In this document: piece after piece, positions 49,270-59,385 of the stretch
How positions within the stretch are numbered: the stretch's first letter is position 1
Layout: every line of letters starts with the position of its first letter
Origin: Dactylosporangium sp. CA-052675
GTDB taxonomy: Bacteria > Actinomycetota > Actinomycetes > Mycobacteriales > Micromonosporaceae
Assembly (NCBI RefSeq): GCF_050947935.1
Contig: NZ_CP192010.1
Coordinates: 3,180,935-3,244,934, forward strand
Direction of reading: 5' to 3'
Length of the DNA stretch: 64,000 bases
Made by a program: the position numbers and the translations under genes
The notes under the pieces: model-generated
What the model saw: only the letters and a program-made list of their open reading frames with translations
What the model was told of the DNA's origin: nothing
Database searches by the model: none

Positions 49270-49806
49270 GTGAGTGTCACCCATACCGCCACCGAGGACG
49301 CGGAGCACCCCGGCGGACTCGAGGCCGGGCGATACCTGACGTTCACGCTGCACGGCGAGGCGTACGCGCTGGACATCTTCCACGTCATCGAGATCATCGA
49401 GTATCGGACGCTGACCGCGGTGCCGATGGCGCCGGACTTCGTGCGCGGGGTGATCAACCTGCGCGGGCGGGCGGTGCCCGTCGTCGACCTGGGCATCCGG
49501 TTCGGCCAGGGTGCCACGGCCGTTGCCCGGCGCACCAGCATCATCATCGTGCGCAGCGGTGACGCCGGCGGCACCGACGGCCAGGACGTCGGGATCCTCG
49601 TCGACATGGTGAACAAGGTCGTCGGGTTCGGCCCCGGCGACGTCGAGCCGCCGCCGACGTTCGGCACGGGCATCCAGCCCGAGTTCATCAGCGGCATGGC
49701 CCGCCGCGAGCACGACTTCATCATCGTGCTCGACCTGGAGCGGGTCCTGTCGCCGGCCGAGTTCGCCGCGCTGTCCCGGGCCGGCCGCGAGGACGACGGC
49801 CCGTGA
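49270..49806 (+). CDS. cheW: chemotaxis coupling protein CheW
   Basis: The CheW domain is YLTFTLHGEAYALDIFHVIEII...GVINLRGRAVPVVDL. The start is uncertain: GTG 49270 or ATG 49120. Confidence 0.7.
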   Translation: MSVTHTATEDAEHPGGLEAGRYLTFTLHGEAYALDIFHVIEIIEYRTLTAVPMAPDFVRGVINLRGRAVPVVDLGIRFGQGATAVARRTSIIIVRSGDAGGTDGQDVGILVDMVNKVVGFGPGDVEPPPTFGTGIQPEFISGMARREHDFIIVLDLERVLSPAEFAALSRAGREDDGP

Positions 49807-50636
49807 CCGGGTCGCTGGAGGCGCCACCGGAGATCACCGGCGCCGACTTCGCCGCGATCAGTGCGCTCCTGCAGCAGCGGACCGGCATCCGGCTCCAGCC
49901 GGGCAAGGAGACGCTCGTCATGGGGCGGCTCAGCCGGCGGCTGCGGCAGCTTGGGGTCGGCGGCTACGACGAGTACGTCCGGCTGCTGCACGCCCCCGAC
50001 GGCCGCGAGCTGCGCCAGGCGATCGACCTGCTCACGACCAACGAGACGTCGTTCTTCCGCGAGCCGCAGCACTTCGACTACCTGCGCGACGTGATCGTGC
50101 CCGCGCACCGGCCGGGGCGCATGTTCCGGCTGTGGAGCGCGGCCAGCTCCAGCGGCGAAGAGGCGTACACGGCCGCGATGGTCCTGCTGGAGCGGCCCCC
50201 GGCCGGCGGCTGGGAGATCCTCGGCACCGACATCTCGACCCGGATCGTGACCGGGGCGCGCCGCGGGCTCTACCCGCTGGAGTCGGCCGGGCGGATCCCG
50301 CCGGAGCTGCTGCGCCGGTACTGGCTCAAGGGCCGCGACGAGTACGCCGGGCTGATGGCGGCCGGCTCGACACTGCGGGAGCGGGTCGCGTTCCGGCACG
50401 CCAACCTGCTCGACGACCTGAGCGACCTGGGCCTGTTCGACGTCATCATGCTGCGCAACGTCATGATCTACTTCGACCAGCCGACGAAGGTGGCGCTGGT
50501 CGCGCGACTGCAGAAGATGCTGTACCCCGAGGGTCACCTCATCGTGAGCCTGTCCGAGACGCTCAACGGCATCCCGTCGCGGCTGCGGATGATCCGCCCG
50601 TCGATCTACCGGCTCCCGGCGGGCACGCGTGACTGA
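49803..50636 (+). CDS. cheR: chemotaxis protein methyltransferase CheR
   Basis: GTG overlaps the cheW stop (GTGA). There is an SAM-MTase fold and the N-terminal CheR helical domain. Confidence 0.85.
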   Translation: MTGSLEAPPEITGADFAAISALLQQRTGIRLQPGKETLVMGRLSRRLRQLGVGGYDEYVRLLHAPDGRELRQAIDLLTTNETSFFREPQHFDYLRDVIVPAHRPGRMFRLWSAASSSGEEAYTAAMVLLERPPAGGWEILGTDISTRIVTGARRGLYPLESAGRIPPELLRRYWLKGRDEYAGLMAAGSTLRERVAFRHANLLDDLSDLGLFDVIMLRNVMIYFDQPTKVALVARLQKMLYPEGHLIVSLSETLNGIPSRLRMIRPSIYRLPAGTRD

Positions 50637-51099
50637 CGACGTGTTCCTGTACCCGGGCGGGTTCCACTTCGCGTGCGCCGGAACCCGCATCTCGACGCTG
50701 CTGGGCTCGTGCGTGGCCGTCTGCCTGTGGCATCCGCGGCGGCGCATCGGCGGTATGTGCCACTTCATGCTGCCCAGCCGCCACCGTGGCCCGGGCACGC
50801 CGGGCGACGGCCGCTACGCCGACGGGGCGTTCGAGCTGTTCCTGCGGGAGCTGGCGCGGACCGGGACGAGGCCCGCGCAGTACCGGACGAAGATCTTCGG
50901 CGGCGGCGCGCAGCTGACCGAGGGCGAGGTCGCCGGCGCCAACGTGGCGGCCGGGCTGGCGCTGCTGGACCGGCACGGCTTCGCGGCCCCGACGGGGGAC
51001 GTCGGCGGCGGCGGGGCGCGGTTCCTGCGCTTCGACCTGGCCACCGGGGACGTGTGGGTGCGCCGCAACGAGCGCTTCGAGCTGGACGTGGCGTCGTGA
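50629..51099 (+). CDS. cheD: chemoreceptor glutamine deamidase CheD
   Basis: The motif [10 protein letters not shown] carries the catalytic cysteine. The start overlaps the cheR stop. Confidence 0.8.
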   Translation: MTDDVFLYPGGFHFACAGTRISTLLGSCVAVCLWHPRRRIGGMCHFMLPSRHRGPGTPGDGRYADGAFELFLRELARTGTRPAQYRTKIFGGGAQLTEGEVAGANVAAGLALLDRHGFAAPTGDVGGGGARFLRFDLATGDVWVRRNERFELDVAS

Positions 51100-52124
51100 G
51101 CATCCGCACGCTCATCGTGGACGACTCGGCCGTCGTGCGCCAGGTGCTGTCGGCCGTGCTCGGCGCGGCGCCGGGCATCGAGGTCATCGGCGCGGCCGGC
51201 GACCCGCTGCGCGCCATGACCCTGATGCAGCGCAGCTGGCCGGACGTGATCGTGACGGACATCGAGATGCCGGGCATGGACGGCCTGGCGTTCGTCAAGC
51301 AGGTGATGTCGATCCGGCCGACGCCGATCGTGGTGTGCTCCTCGCTCGTCGGCCCGGGCGCGCGGGCCGGGCTGGAGGCGCTCGCCGCGGGCGCGGTCGC
51401 CGCCGTCGCCAAGCCGGCGAGCGGGCTGAAACGGTACCTCCAGGACGACAGCGGCCACATCGTGCCGGCCGTGCGCGCCGCGGCGGCGGCCACGGCGCGG
51501 CGCCCGCAGCGTCCGGCGGCCCGTCTGGCGGAACCGGCGCGCACGCCCGGCCGCGGGGAGCGGCGGGTCGTGGCCATCGGCACGTCGACCGGCGGCACCC
51601 AGGCGCTCGAACGCGTCCTCACCGCGCTGCCGGCCCGCCCGCCGGCCGTCGTCGTCGTGCAGCACATGCCGGAGAAGTTCACGGCCGCGTTCGCCGAACG
51701 GATGAACGCGCTGTGCGCGGTCGAGGTGCGCGAGGCCGCCGACGGCGACCGGGCCCGCGACGGCCTGGTGCTCGTCGCGCCCGGCGGCCGGCACCTGGAG
51801 TTGCTGAGCGACCCGCTGGCCGGCTACCGGGTGCGGGTCTTCGACGGCCCGCCGGTCAACCGGCACCGCCCGTCCGTCGACGTGCTGTTCCGCTCGGTGG
51901 CCAGGGCGGCGGGCCCGGACGCGCTGGGCGTGATCATGACCGGCATGGGCGACGACGGTGCCCGCGGCCTGCTGGAGATGCGCCGCGCCGGTGCCGCGAC
52001 CGTCGCCCAGGACGAGGCCACGTGTGTCGTGCACGGCATGCCGAAGGAGGCCGTGGCGATCGGCGCCGTCGAGCGCGAGGTACCGCTTCCCGCGATTGCT
52101 GAGGTGATCCGTAACCATGGCTGA
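51096..52124 (+). CDS. cheB: chemotaxis response regulator protein-glutamate methylesterase CheB
   Basis: The N-terminal REC domain carries the DIEMPGMDG phospho-acceptor region. The C-terminal methylesterase has GTSTGG. Confidence 0.85.
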   Translation: MSIRTLIVDDSAVVRQVLSAVLGAAPGIEVIGAAGDPLRAMTLMQRSWPDVIVTDIEMPGMDGLAFVKQVMSIRPTPIVVCSSLVGPGARAGLEALAAGAVAAVAKPASGLKRYLQDDSGHIVPAVRAAAAATARRPQRPAARLAEPARTPGRGERRVVAIGTSTGGTQALERVLTALPARPPAVVVVQHMPEKFTAAFAERMNALCAVEVREAADGDRARDGLVLVAPGGRHLELLSDPLAGYRVRVFDGPPVNRHRPSVDVLFRSVARAAGPDALGVIMTGMGDDGARGLLEMRRAGAATVAQDEATCVVHGMPKEAVAIGAVEREVPLPAIAEVIRNHG

Positions 52125-53148
52125 GGTCTGGTACGTCATTGTGGCCCTGCTGGTGGGCCTGGGGATCGGCTTCGCGGCCGGCCGGCGCCGCCCGGCACCG
52201 CCGCCGTCGCCCGGCACGGCTCCGGACGCGTTCCGCCGCGGCGTGGGCGAGTTCGCCGAGGCGGTGGCGCCGGTGTGGTCGGCCCAGATCGAGTCGTCGC
52301 GGGCGCAGATGGAGTCCGGGATCGGCGCCGTCACCCAGCAGTTCAGCCAGATCGTCGACAACGTCGACGCGGTCCTGGCCTCCTCGGCCGACGCGCTCGG
52401 CCCGCACGGCGGCGGCGCGGCGTCCTTCGACCGCGGCCGGGAGCGCCTCGGCAACGTCGTGCACACCCTGGACAACGCGATGCGGGCCAAGCGCCAGGCC
52501 GTGCACGATCTGGCCGGGCTCGCCGGGTTCAACGACGAGCTCAAGCGGATGACCGCGGACGTGGCCCAGATCGCCGCCCAGACGAACCTGCTGGCCCTCA
52601 ACGCCTCGATCGAGGCGGCCCGGGTCGGCGCGGCCGGCGCCGGCTTCGGCGTCGTGGCGCTGGAGGTCCGGCGGCTGGCCGACCGGTCGCTGCAGACGTC
52701 GGAGCAGATGGCCGAGAAGGTCGGCGGCATCGGCTCGGCCATCGCGGGGGTCCTGGCCGGCGCGGAGGGCGACGCGGAGCGCGAGAGCGTCGCGGTGGCC
52801 CGGGCCAACGACGACGTCCAGGAGGTCATCGACGACCTGCAGCAGGTCGTCGATCGGTCGCGGGAGTCCTCGCAGCGGCTGGAGCGGGCGGCGGTCGAGA
52901 TCCGCTCGTCGATCTCCGACGCGATGGTGAGCCTGCAGTTCCAGGACCGGGTCGGCCAGGTGCTGCAGCACCTGGAGGACAACATCAAGAGCCTTCCCCG
53001 CCACGTCGCCGAGGCTCCGGACGCCGGGCCGCAGGCGCAGAAGCTCCTGTCCGAACTCGAGCGTACGTACACCATGCAGGGGGAGCTGCAGGCGCACCGA
53101 ACCGGTGCGGCGATCGAGGCTCCCACCTCAGAGATCACGTTCTTCTAG
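52117..53148 (+). CDS. short methyl-accepting-chemotaxis-like protein: one N-terminal TM helix + MCP signalling domain, no ligand-binding or HAMP domain
   Basis: The highly conserved tip motif [34 protein letters not shown] is present. Confidence 0.65.
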   Translation: MAEVWYVIVALLVGLGIGFAAGRRRPAPPPSPGTAPDAFRRGVGEFAEAVAPVWSAQIESSRAQMESGIGAVTQQFSQIVDNVDAVLASSADALGPHGGGAASFDRGRERLGNVVHTLDNAMRAKRQAVHDLAGLAGFNDELKRMTADVAQIAAQTNLLALNASIEAARVGAAGAGFGVVALEVRRLADRSLQTSEQMAEKVGGIGSAIAGVLAGAEGDAERESVAVARANDDVQEVIDDLQQVVDRSRESSQRLERAAVEIRSSISDAMVSLQFQDRVGQVLQHLEDNIKSLPRHVAEAPDAGPQAQKLLSELERTYTMQGELQAHRTGAAIEAPTSEITFF

Positions 53149-53161
53149 AAAGGCGGCACGC

Positions 53162-53530
53162 ATGTCCAAGACCGTTCTGATCGTCGATGACTCGGCCTCG
53201 GTACGACAGGTCGTCACGATCGCGCTGAAGGGCGCCGGTTACGAGGTCATCGATGCCGTCGACGGCCAGGACGCGCTGCGCAAGCTCGCCGGCAAGCGGG
53301 TCCACCTGATCATCTCGGACGTCAACATGCCCAACATGGACGGCATCACCCTGGTCGGCGAGGTCCGCAAGCAGCCCGACCACCGGTTCACGCCGATCAT
53401 CATGCTGACCACCGAGTCGCAGGAGGAGAAGAAGCGGCAGGCGCAGGCGGCCGGGGCGAAGGCGTGGGTCACCAAGCCGTTCCAGCCGGCGCAGATGCTC
53501 GCCGCCGTGTCGAAGCTGATCGCTCCGTGA
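53162..53530 (+). CDS. cheY: CheY-like single-domain response regulator
   Basis: REC residues are present: DD, D in ISDVNMPNMDG, T in MLTT, K in KPF. Confidence 0.8.
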   Translation: MSKTVLIVDDSASVRQVVTIALKGAGYEVIDAVDGQDALRKLAGKRVHLIISDVNMPNMDGITLVGEVRKQPDHRFTPIIMLTTESQEEKKRQAQAAGAKAWVTKPFQPAQMLAAVSKLIAP

Positions 53531-53814
53531 CCGGCCCGGTGCCGGCCCGGCTGGAGATCGAGGGCGAGCTGACCATCATCTCGGCGGCCGAGCACCACGA
53601 GCGGCTGCTGCGCTTCCTCACCGGCGGCCCGGACCTGGAGATCGGGCTGGCGGGCGTGATCGAGCTGGACACCGCCGGGCTGCAGGTGCTGCTGATGGCC
53701 CGGCGCGAGGCGCGGCGGCGGGAACTGCGGCTGCGGCTGAGCGATCACAGCCCGGCCGTGCGCGATGTGCTGGCGCTGGCGTGGCTGACCCCGGACCTGG
53801 AGGCGGTGGTATGA
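53527..53814 (+). CDS. STAS-domain protein (anti-sigma-factor-antagonist-like)
   Basis: GTG overlaps the cheY stop. The pattern LEIEGELTI...LDLAGVIELDTAGLQVLL is typical of SpoIIAA-like STAS. Confidence 0.55.
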   Translation: MTGPVPARLEIEGELTIISAAEHHERLLRFLTGGPDLEIGLAGVIELDTAGLQVLLMARREARRRELRLRLSDHSPAVRDVLALAWLTPDLEAVV

Positions 53815-55985
53815 ACGACGACGACTTCCGCGATGCCCTGGACACGTTCCTCACCGAGGCCCGCGAGCTGGTACAGGACTTCGAGGAGGGGCTGCTGGAG
53901 CTCGAGTCCGCGCCCGACGGGCCGGAGGCGGTCCGGGCATTGTTCCGCGCGATGCACACGCTGAAGGGCTCCGCCGGGCTGTTCGGGCTGCACCACCTGG
54001 TGTCCTTCACGCACGTGCTCGAGTCGGTCCTCGACGAGCTGCGCGAGGGCCGGCTGCAGGTCAGCGCCGGGCTGGTGAGCGCGCTGCTGCCCTGCGCGGA
54101 CCACATCACCGCCCTGGTCGACGGGGTCGCCGAGGGCCGGCAGGAGCCGACCGCGGCCGAGCAGGAGGCGAGCGCGCGGCTGCTCGCCGGGCTGGCGCCG
54201 TACCAGGCCGGCGCCGTGTCGCCGCCGCATCCGGCCCCGGCCCCGTCCTCCGGGCCGCGCACCTGGCTGCTGAGCATCTGGTTCGGGCCGGACTGCCTGC
54301 GCAACGGGATGGATCCGCTGTCGTTCGTGCGGTACCTCGCCCGAATGGGTACCGTCACCCGCCTGGCGACCCGCACCGACGCCCTGCCACGGGCCGACGA
54401 GGCCGACCCCGAGGTGTGCTACCTCGGCTTCGACCTGGAGTTCACGAGCGACGCGTCGAAGGCCGACATCGAGAGCGTCTTCGAGTTCGTCCGCGACGAC
54501 AGCACGATCCGCATCCTGCCCTCTGACGAGGCCGCCGAGGTCATCGCGGCTCTGGAGGAGGAGGACCGGCTCGGTGACCTGCTGCGCCGCGGTGGGGTCG
54601 TCACCGACCGGGAGCTGGCCGAGGCGCTGGCCAAGCAGCACGCGGGGGAGTCGGCGGGCCGCCCGCTCGGCGAGATCCTGGTCGAGGAGCAGATCGTCCA
54701 GCGGCCGGTGGTCGAGGCGGCGCTGAGCAAGCAGCGCAAGACCGCCGAGAGCCGGGTGCAGGACACCCAGACGATCCGGGTGTTCGCCTCCCGGCTGGAC
54801 CGGCTCATCGACCTCGTCGGGGAGCTGGTGATCGCCCAGTCCGGGGTCGCGCTGGTCGACGGGCACTCCGAGGAGCAGGCGCACGTACTGCGGCTGGTCG
54901 AGGAGGTCCGCCACACCGCCCTGTCGCTGCGGATGGTGCCGATCGGCACCACGCTGCGCCGCTTCGAGCGGGTGGTCCGCGACGTGTGCGTCGAGCTCGG
55001 TAAGGACGTCGACCTGGTGATCACCGGCGGCGACGCGGAGATGGACAAGGCGCTCGTGGAGCGCATCGGCGACCCGCTGACGCACCTGGTCCGCAACGCC
55101 CTCGACCACGGCATCGAGACCCGCGAGGAGCGCGAGCGGCTCGGCAAGCCGCCCCGGGGCCGGCTGGCGCTCAACGCGTCGCACGACGCCGGCAGCATCG
55201 TCATCGAGATCTCCGACGACGGCCGCGGGCTGGACCGCGAGCGCATCCTCGCCAAGGCCGTGGAGCGGGGCCTGGTCGCGCGCGGCGACACGCTGAGCGA
55301 CCAGGAGGTCTACGCCCTCATCTTCGAGCCGGGCTTCTCCACCGCCGAGACCGTGTCCAACCTCTCCGGCCGCGGCGTCGGCATGGACGTCGTCCGCGGC
55401 GCCGTCACCGCGCTGCGCGGCAGCATCGACGTGCAGACCACCCCCGGCGCCGGCACGGTGATGCAGATCCGGCTGCCGCTGACCCTCGCGATCATCGACG
55501 GGTTCCTGGTCTGCGTCGGCGACACGTACTTCATCGTCCCGCTGGACCGGGTCGTGGAGTGCGTGGAACTGCCGGCCGGGGCGAGCGGGCGGCAGTTCAT
55601 GGACCTGCGTGAGCAGGCGCTGCCGTTCGTACGGCTGCGTGAGGTGTTCGGCCTCGGCGGGCAGCCGCCGCGCCGGCAGAGCGTCGTCGTCGTCGAGCAC
55701 GCCGGGCAGCGCGCCGGGCTCGTCGTCGACCAGCTCCTCGGCCAGTCGCAGACGGTCATCAAGCCGCTCGGCAAGCTCTTCCAGGATGTGCGGTGCGTCG
55801 GCGGGTCGACGATCCTCGGCAACGGCAGCATCGCGCTGATCCTCGACATCGACGCGCTGGTCTCGCAGTACATCGCGCGCGACCGGCGCGCTCAGAACCG
55901 GTCGAACTTGCTCTCGTCGATGGGGGACATGTCCTCGGCCGAGCGGCTCGCCCCGGCCGGGACCAGCGCGGGCGCCGGGCGCTGA
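53811..55985 (+). CDS. cheA: chemotaxis histidine kinase CheA
   Basis: ATG overlaps the STAS stop (ATGA). The HPt domain has [12 protein letters not shown]. Downstream are the dimerisation domain, HATPase_c (GRGVGMDVV) and the CheW-like domain. Confidence 0.85.
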   Translation: MNDDDFRDALDTFLTEARELVQDFEEGLLELESAPDGPEAVRALFRAMHTLKGSAGLFGLHHLVSFTHVLESVLDELREGRLQVSAGLVSALLPCADHITALVDGVAEGRQEPTAAEQEASARLLAGLAPYQAGAVSPPHPAPAPSSGPRTWLLSIWFGPDCLRNGMDPLSFVRYLARMGTVTRLATRTDALPRADEADPEVCYLGFDLEFTSDASKADIESVFEFVRDDSTIRILPSDEAAEVIAALEEEDRLGDLLRRGGVVTDRELAEALAKQHAGESAGRPLGEILVEEQIVQRPVVEAALSKQRKTAESRVQDTQTIRVFASRLDRLIDLVGELVIAQSGVALVDGHSEEQAHVLRLVEEVRHTALSLRMVPIGTTLRRFERVVRDVCVELGKDVDLVITGGDAEMDKALVERIGDPLTHLVRNALDHGIETREERERLGKPPRGRLALNASHDAGSIVIEISDDGRGLDRERILAKAVERGLVARGDTLSDQEVYALIFEPGFSTAETVSNLSGRGVGMDVVRGAVTALRGSIDVQTTPGAGTVMQIRLPLTLAIIDGFLVCVGDTYFIVPLDRVVECVELPAGASGRQFMDLREQALPFVRLREVFGLGGQPPRRQSVVVVEHAGQRAGLVVDQLLGQSQTVIKPLGKLFQDVRCVGGSTILGNGSIALILDIDALVSQYIARDRRAQNRSNLLSSMGDMSSAERLAPAGTSAGAGR

Positions 55986-57583
55986 GCCCGGCCGTTGCCG
56001 CCGCCGGTGCGGTGCGCGCCGCGCTCGTAGGAGGCGGGCAGGGCCGGGGGCCGCCCCGCCCGGTTCTGGTCGGTGACGAAGAACGTCATCATGTCCTGCA
56101 GCTGGTGGGTCTGCGCCGCCATCTGCTCGGCGGTGGCGGCCAGCTCCTCGCTGGACGACGCGGTCTGCTCGGTGACCTTCCCGATCTGGGTCATGGCGAT
56201 GTTGATCTGGCGCACGCCGGTGGCCTGCTCGCTGCTGGCCGCCGCGATCTCCTGCACCAGGTCGGACGTGCGGGTGATGCTCGGGATGATCTCGCTGAGC
56301 AGGCTGCCGGCCCGCTCGGCGGTCTGCACGCTGCCGGCCGCGAGCTGGCTGATCTCCTGCGCGGCGATCTGGCTGCGCTCGGCGAGCTTGCCGACCTCGG
56401 TGGCCACCACCGCGAAGCCCTTGCCGTGTTCGCCGGCCCGTGCCGCCTCGATCGTGGCGTTGAGCGCCAGCATGTTGGTCTGGAACGCGATGTCGTCGAT
56501 GATGCTGATCTTGCTGGTGATCTGCTTCATCGCGTCGACGGTGCGCTGCACCGCGTCGCCGCCCTGGTCGGCCTCGGTCGCGGCCTGCGTGGCGATGCTC
56601 TCGGTGGTGGTGGCGTTCTCGCTGTTCTGGCTGATGCTGGCGGTCATCTGCTCCATGCTGGCGGTGGTCTCCTCGACGCTGGCCGCCTGCTCGGTCGCGG
56701 CCTGCGACAGGCTCTGCGACGCGCCGCTGATCTGGTTGGAGGCGTTGGCGAGCTGGTGTGTGGAGTCGATGACCGTGCGGACCGTCTCGGAGAGGCGGTC
56801 CAGGGCGCTGTTGAGGGCGGTACCCATCCGGCCGACCTCGTCCTGGCTGTTGACCGCCAGACGCTGGTCGAGCCGGCCCTGCGCGAGCCCGGTGAGCACG
56901 GCGACGGTCTCGCGCAGCGGGCGGGACACGGCCCGGACCACCATCGTCACCATGCCGAACGTGATGACGATGGCGACCAGGGTCAGCGCGAGCAGCAGCA
57001 GCCGGGCGGTGCCGTAGTCGCGCTTGGACTCGTCCAGCGCGGCCTGCGCCGCGGCGTTCTGCCGCTCGACCAGGCTGCCGATTGCCGTGGACAGGCGCTG
57101 CGCGATCGGGTCGACCTCCTCGCGGCTGATCCGGTTGTACTCCGTGTAGTTGTTCGCCCGCGCGGCCGGGATCGACTTGCCGTTGAGCACCTTCTGGTAC
57201 TCCGACCAGGCCGCCTCGAACGCGGCGCGGTCCGCCTTGGAGGCCGTGTCGGTGTTCTTGCCCGCGTACGCCTGCCAGCTCTGGTTGAGCCCGGCGACCG
57301 CGTCGGTGATCTTCTGCTCGGCGGCCGCGGTCTCGGCGTCGCCCTGGGCCAGGGCCAGGCCGCGGACCTGGAAGCGGACCTGCAGATAGTCCCCGGCGAC
57401 GTCGTCGAGGATCTGCACGGACTGCAGGTTGCGGTGGTACAGCGCGTTGAGGCGGTCCTGGCTGCCGCCGAGGTAGAACAGCCCGATCAGGCCGACCGCG
57501 GCCAGCAGGGCGCACACCACGATGGCGACGATGCGGAGCTTCCACGCGACGGACACGTTGCGGAATGCGGACCCGATACTCAC
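55892..57583 (-). CDS. methyl-accepting chemotaxis protein (periplasmic 4HB-type sensor, HAMP, MCP signalling domain)
   Basis: GTG at 57583 with GGGGGGAG. There are two TM helices. The tip motif [25 protein letters not shown] is present. The 3' end overlaps cheA by 94 bp. Confidence 0.8.
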   Translation of the reverse strand: MSIGSAFRNVSVAWKLRIVAIVVCALLAAVGLIGLFYLGGSQDRLNALYHRNLQSVQILDDVAGDYLQVRFQVRGLALAQGDAETAAAEQKITDAVAGLNQSWQAYAGKNTDTASKADRAAFEAAWSEYQKVLNGKSIPAARANNYTEYNRISREEVDPIAQRLSTAIGSLVERQNAAAQAALDESKRDYGTARLLLLALTLVAIVITFGMVTMVVRAVSRPLRETVAVLTGLAQGRLDQRLAVNSQDEVGRMGTALNSALDRLSETVRTVIDSTHQLANASNQISGASQSLSQAATEQAASVEETTASMEQMTASISQNSENATTTESIATQAATEADQGGDAVQRTVDAMKQITSKISIIDDIAFQTNMLALNATIEAARAGEHGKGFAVVATEVGKLAERSQIAAQEISQLAAGSVQTAERAGSLLSEIIPSITRTSDLVQEIAAASSEQATGVRQINIAMTQIGKVTEQTASSSEELAATAEQMAAQTHQLQDMMTFFVTDQNRAGRPPALPASYERGAHRTGGGNGRAQRPAPALVPAGASRSAEDMSPIDESKFDRF

Positions 57584-57778
57584 AGCTGCTGCTCCCCCCG
57601 GACGGCGCACTTCAACCACATCAATCGGACCCGGGCCACTTCACCTGAGCGTTCTGCCGCCGAGTCATGGGCGGGGGATCGGTTGCGAGCGTGCGACCGG
57701 GTGCGGCAACGACGCGCGCCCATCCTCGGCTGCCTCGTCCGGCGGACCTGCGGTCCGTCGTTCAGCCGGATCCGTCGC

Positions 57779-59150
57779 TCAGCCGGAACGGGGTGCGGCC
57801 GCTGCTGCGTCGGTGCGGGCGATCGGGATGGTGGCCAGCAGCGATGTGCCGGCGCCGGGCGGGCTGGTGATGGTCAGCCGCCCGCCGAGGGTCTCGACGC
57901 GGTCGCGCAGGCCGGTGAGCCCGGATCCGCGGGCAGGGTCGGCGCCGCCGATGCCGTCGTCGTGGATGGCGAGGCGGAGGGTGTCGGCGTCGGTGGTCAC
58001 GGTGATCTGGACGACGGAGGCGTGTGCGTGTCTGGCCGCGTTCGTCAATGATTCGGACACGAGGTAGTACGCGGCGGTCTCGATCGTCGAGGACAGCCGG
58101 CGGTCGGTGTCGACGTGCATCTCGACGGGGGTCGCCGATCTGCGGGCGAGCGCCCTGAGCGCCGGTTTGAGGCCGCCGGTGGCCAGCACCGACGGGTGGA
58201 TGCCCCGGGCGAGCTCTCGCAGATCCGCTATGACCTCGTTGAGGCTCGCCACCGCATGGACGATCTCCGAGCGCATCTGCTCGGGTGCGGTGCCGGTGCC
58301 GGCCGCCTGGGCCGCGCGCAGTTCGAGGCCGATCGCGATGAGGTGTTGCTGGGCGCCGTCGTGCAGGTCGCGTTCGATGCGCTGGCGTGCCTCGTCGGCC
58401 GCGGCGGCGATACGGGCGCGGGATGCGATGAGCTGGGCCCGGTTGTCCGCGTTGGTGAGCGCGGCCTGCAGCAGCGACGACAGCGGTGGGACGACCCGCT
58501 GGCGCAGCCGCTGTACGTGTCGCTCGGGCGTCCCGGCGGGCACGTGCAGGGTCCCGAGCAGGGTGTTGCCGTGCCGCAGGGGGAAGGCCAACGATTGCCC
58601 ATCCGGTTGGGCCGATCCGCGATCTATCGCCGCCGGGTGCGTCGGCTCGCAGGTCGATCGTCGCGGCCGGCAGGTCGAGCGCATGCGCGATGTGCCGGCC
58701 CGCCGCCCGCAGGGCCGCGGTGAGGTCATCGGTGTTCAGCAGCAGCTGTGCCAGGTCCGCGGTGAGGTCGGACTCCTGGGCCCGCGCGGCGCGCAGCCGG
58801 GACAGGTCGGCCAGCGTGCCACTCGCCAGCGCGACGATGACGAACACGGCAAGCTGCACGACGTCGCGGACGTCGGAGTCGACCAGGTTCCCGATCGGAT
58901 GGACGTAGAACACGGTGAACAGCAGGACGCTTGCCAGCGCCGTCGCGATCCCCAGCCACAGCCCCCAGACGATCGAGACCGCCACGACGCCGAGCAGGTA
59001 GACCACGCTTGGCGACGACTGCTTCGTGAACGTCTCGATCGGATCGACGAGCACTGTCTCGGCCGCGAGGATGAGCGCGGCGACCGCGATCCCCAGCCAC
59101 CGCGACGGAGGCTCCGGCCGTACCAGCACTGACAGGAGACCAGCCCGCAT
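57779..59150 (-). pseudogene. sensor histidine kinase (DUF4118 membrane domain, GAF-like region, HisKA_3 + HATPase_c) split into two frames by an apparent single-base frameshift near 58600-58730
   Basis: The N-terminal frame (59150->) carries the DUF4118-like 4-TM region. The C-terminal frame (->57779) carries the DLHDGAQQHL H-box and the HATPase domain. The two frames overlap across about 130 nt. Confidence 0.5.
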
Positions 59151-59385
59151 AACGCCACTTTAGTCCGATTCCGGTGACGAGGCCGCGGCTGCGCATGGCG
59201 TCGGACCGGCCCGATGACGCGGTGCGGGCCGGCATCCGCCGCCCGAGGGTGGTCTTCGTGATGAACCCGGCGTGTGCGGCAACCCGGCTGCGGCGAACCG
59301 GTCCGCTGCGCATCACCGGGCAGCAGAAATCACCCCGGGCTCCGGCCGGGTCACGGATGCTTTCCGGTCGGCGGTCACCGCGGTC

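Noticed and set aside
48867-50798. A 643-aa minus-strand ORF across cheW/cheR
   Set aside because: It is antisense to clearly recognisable che genes and its product is low-complexity.
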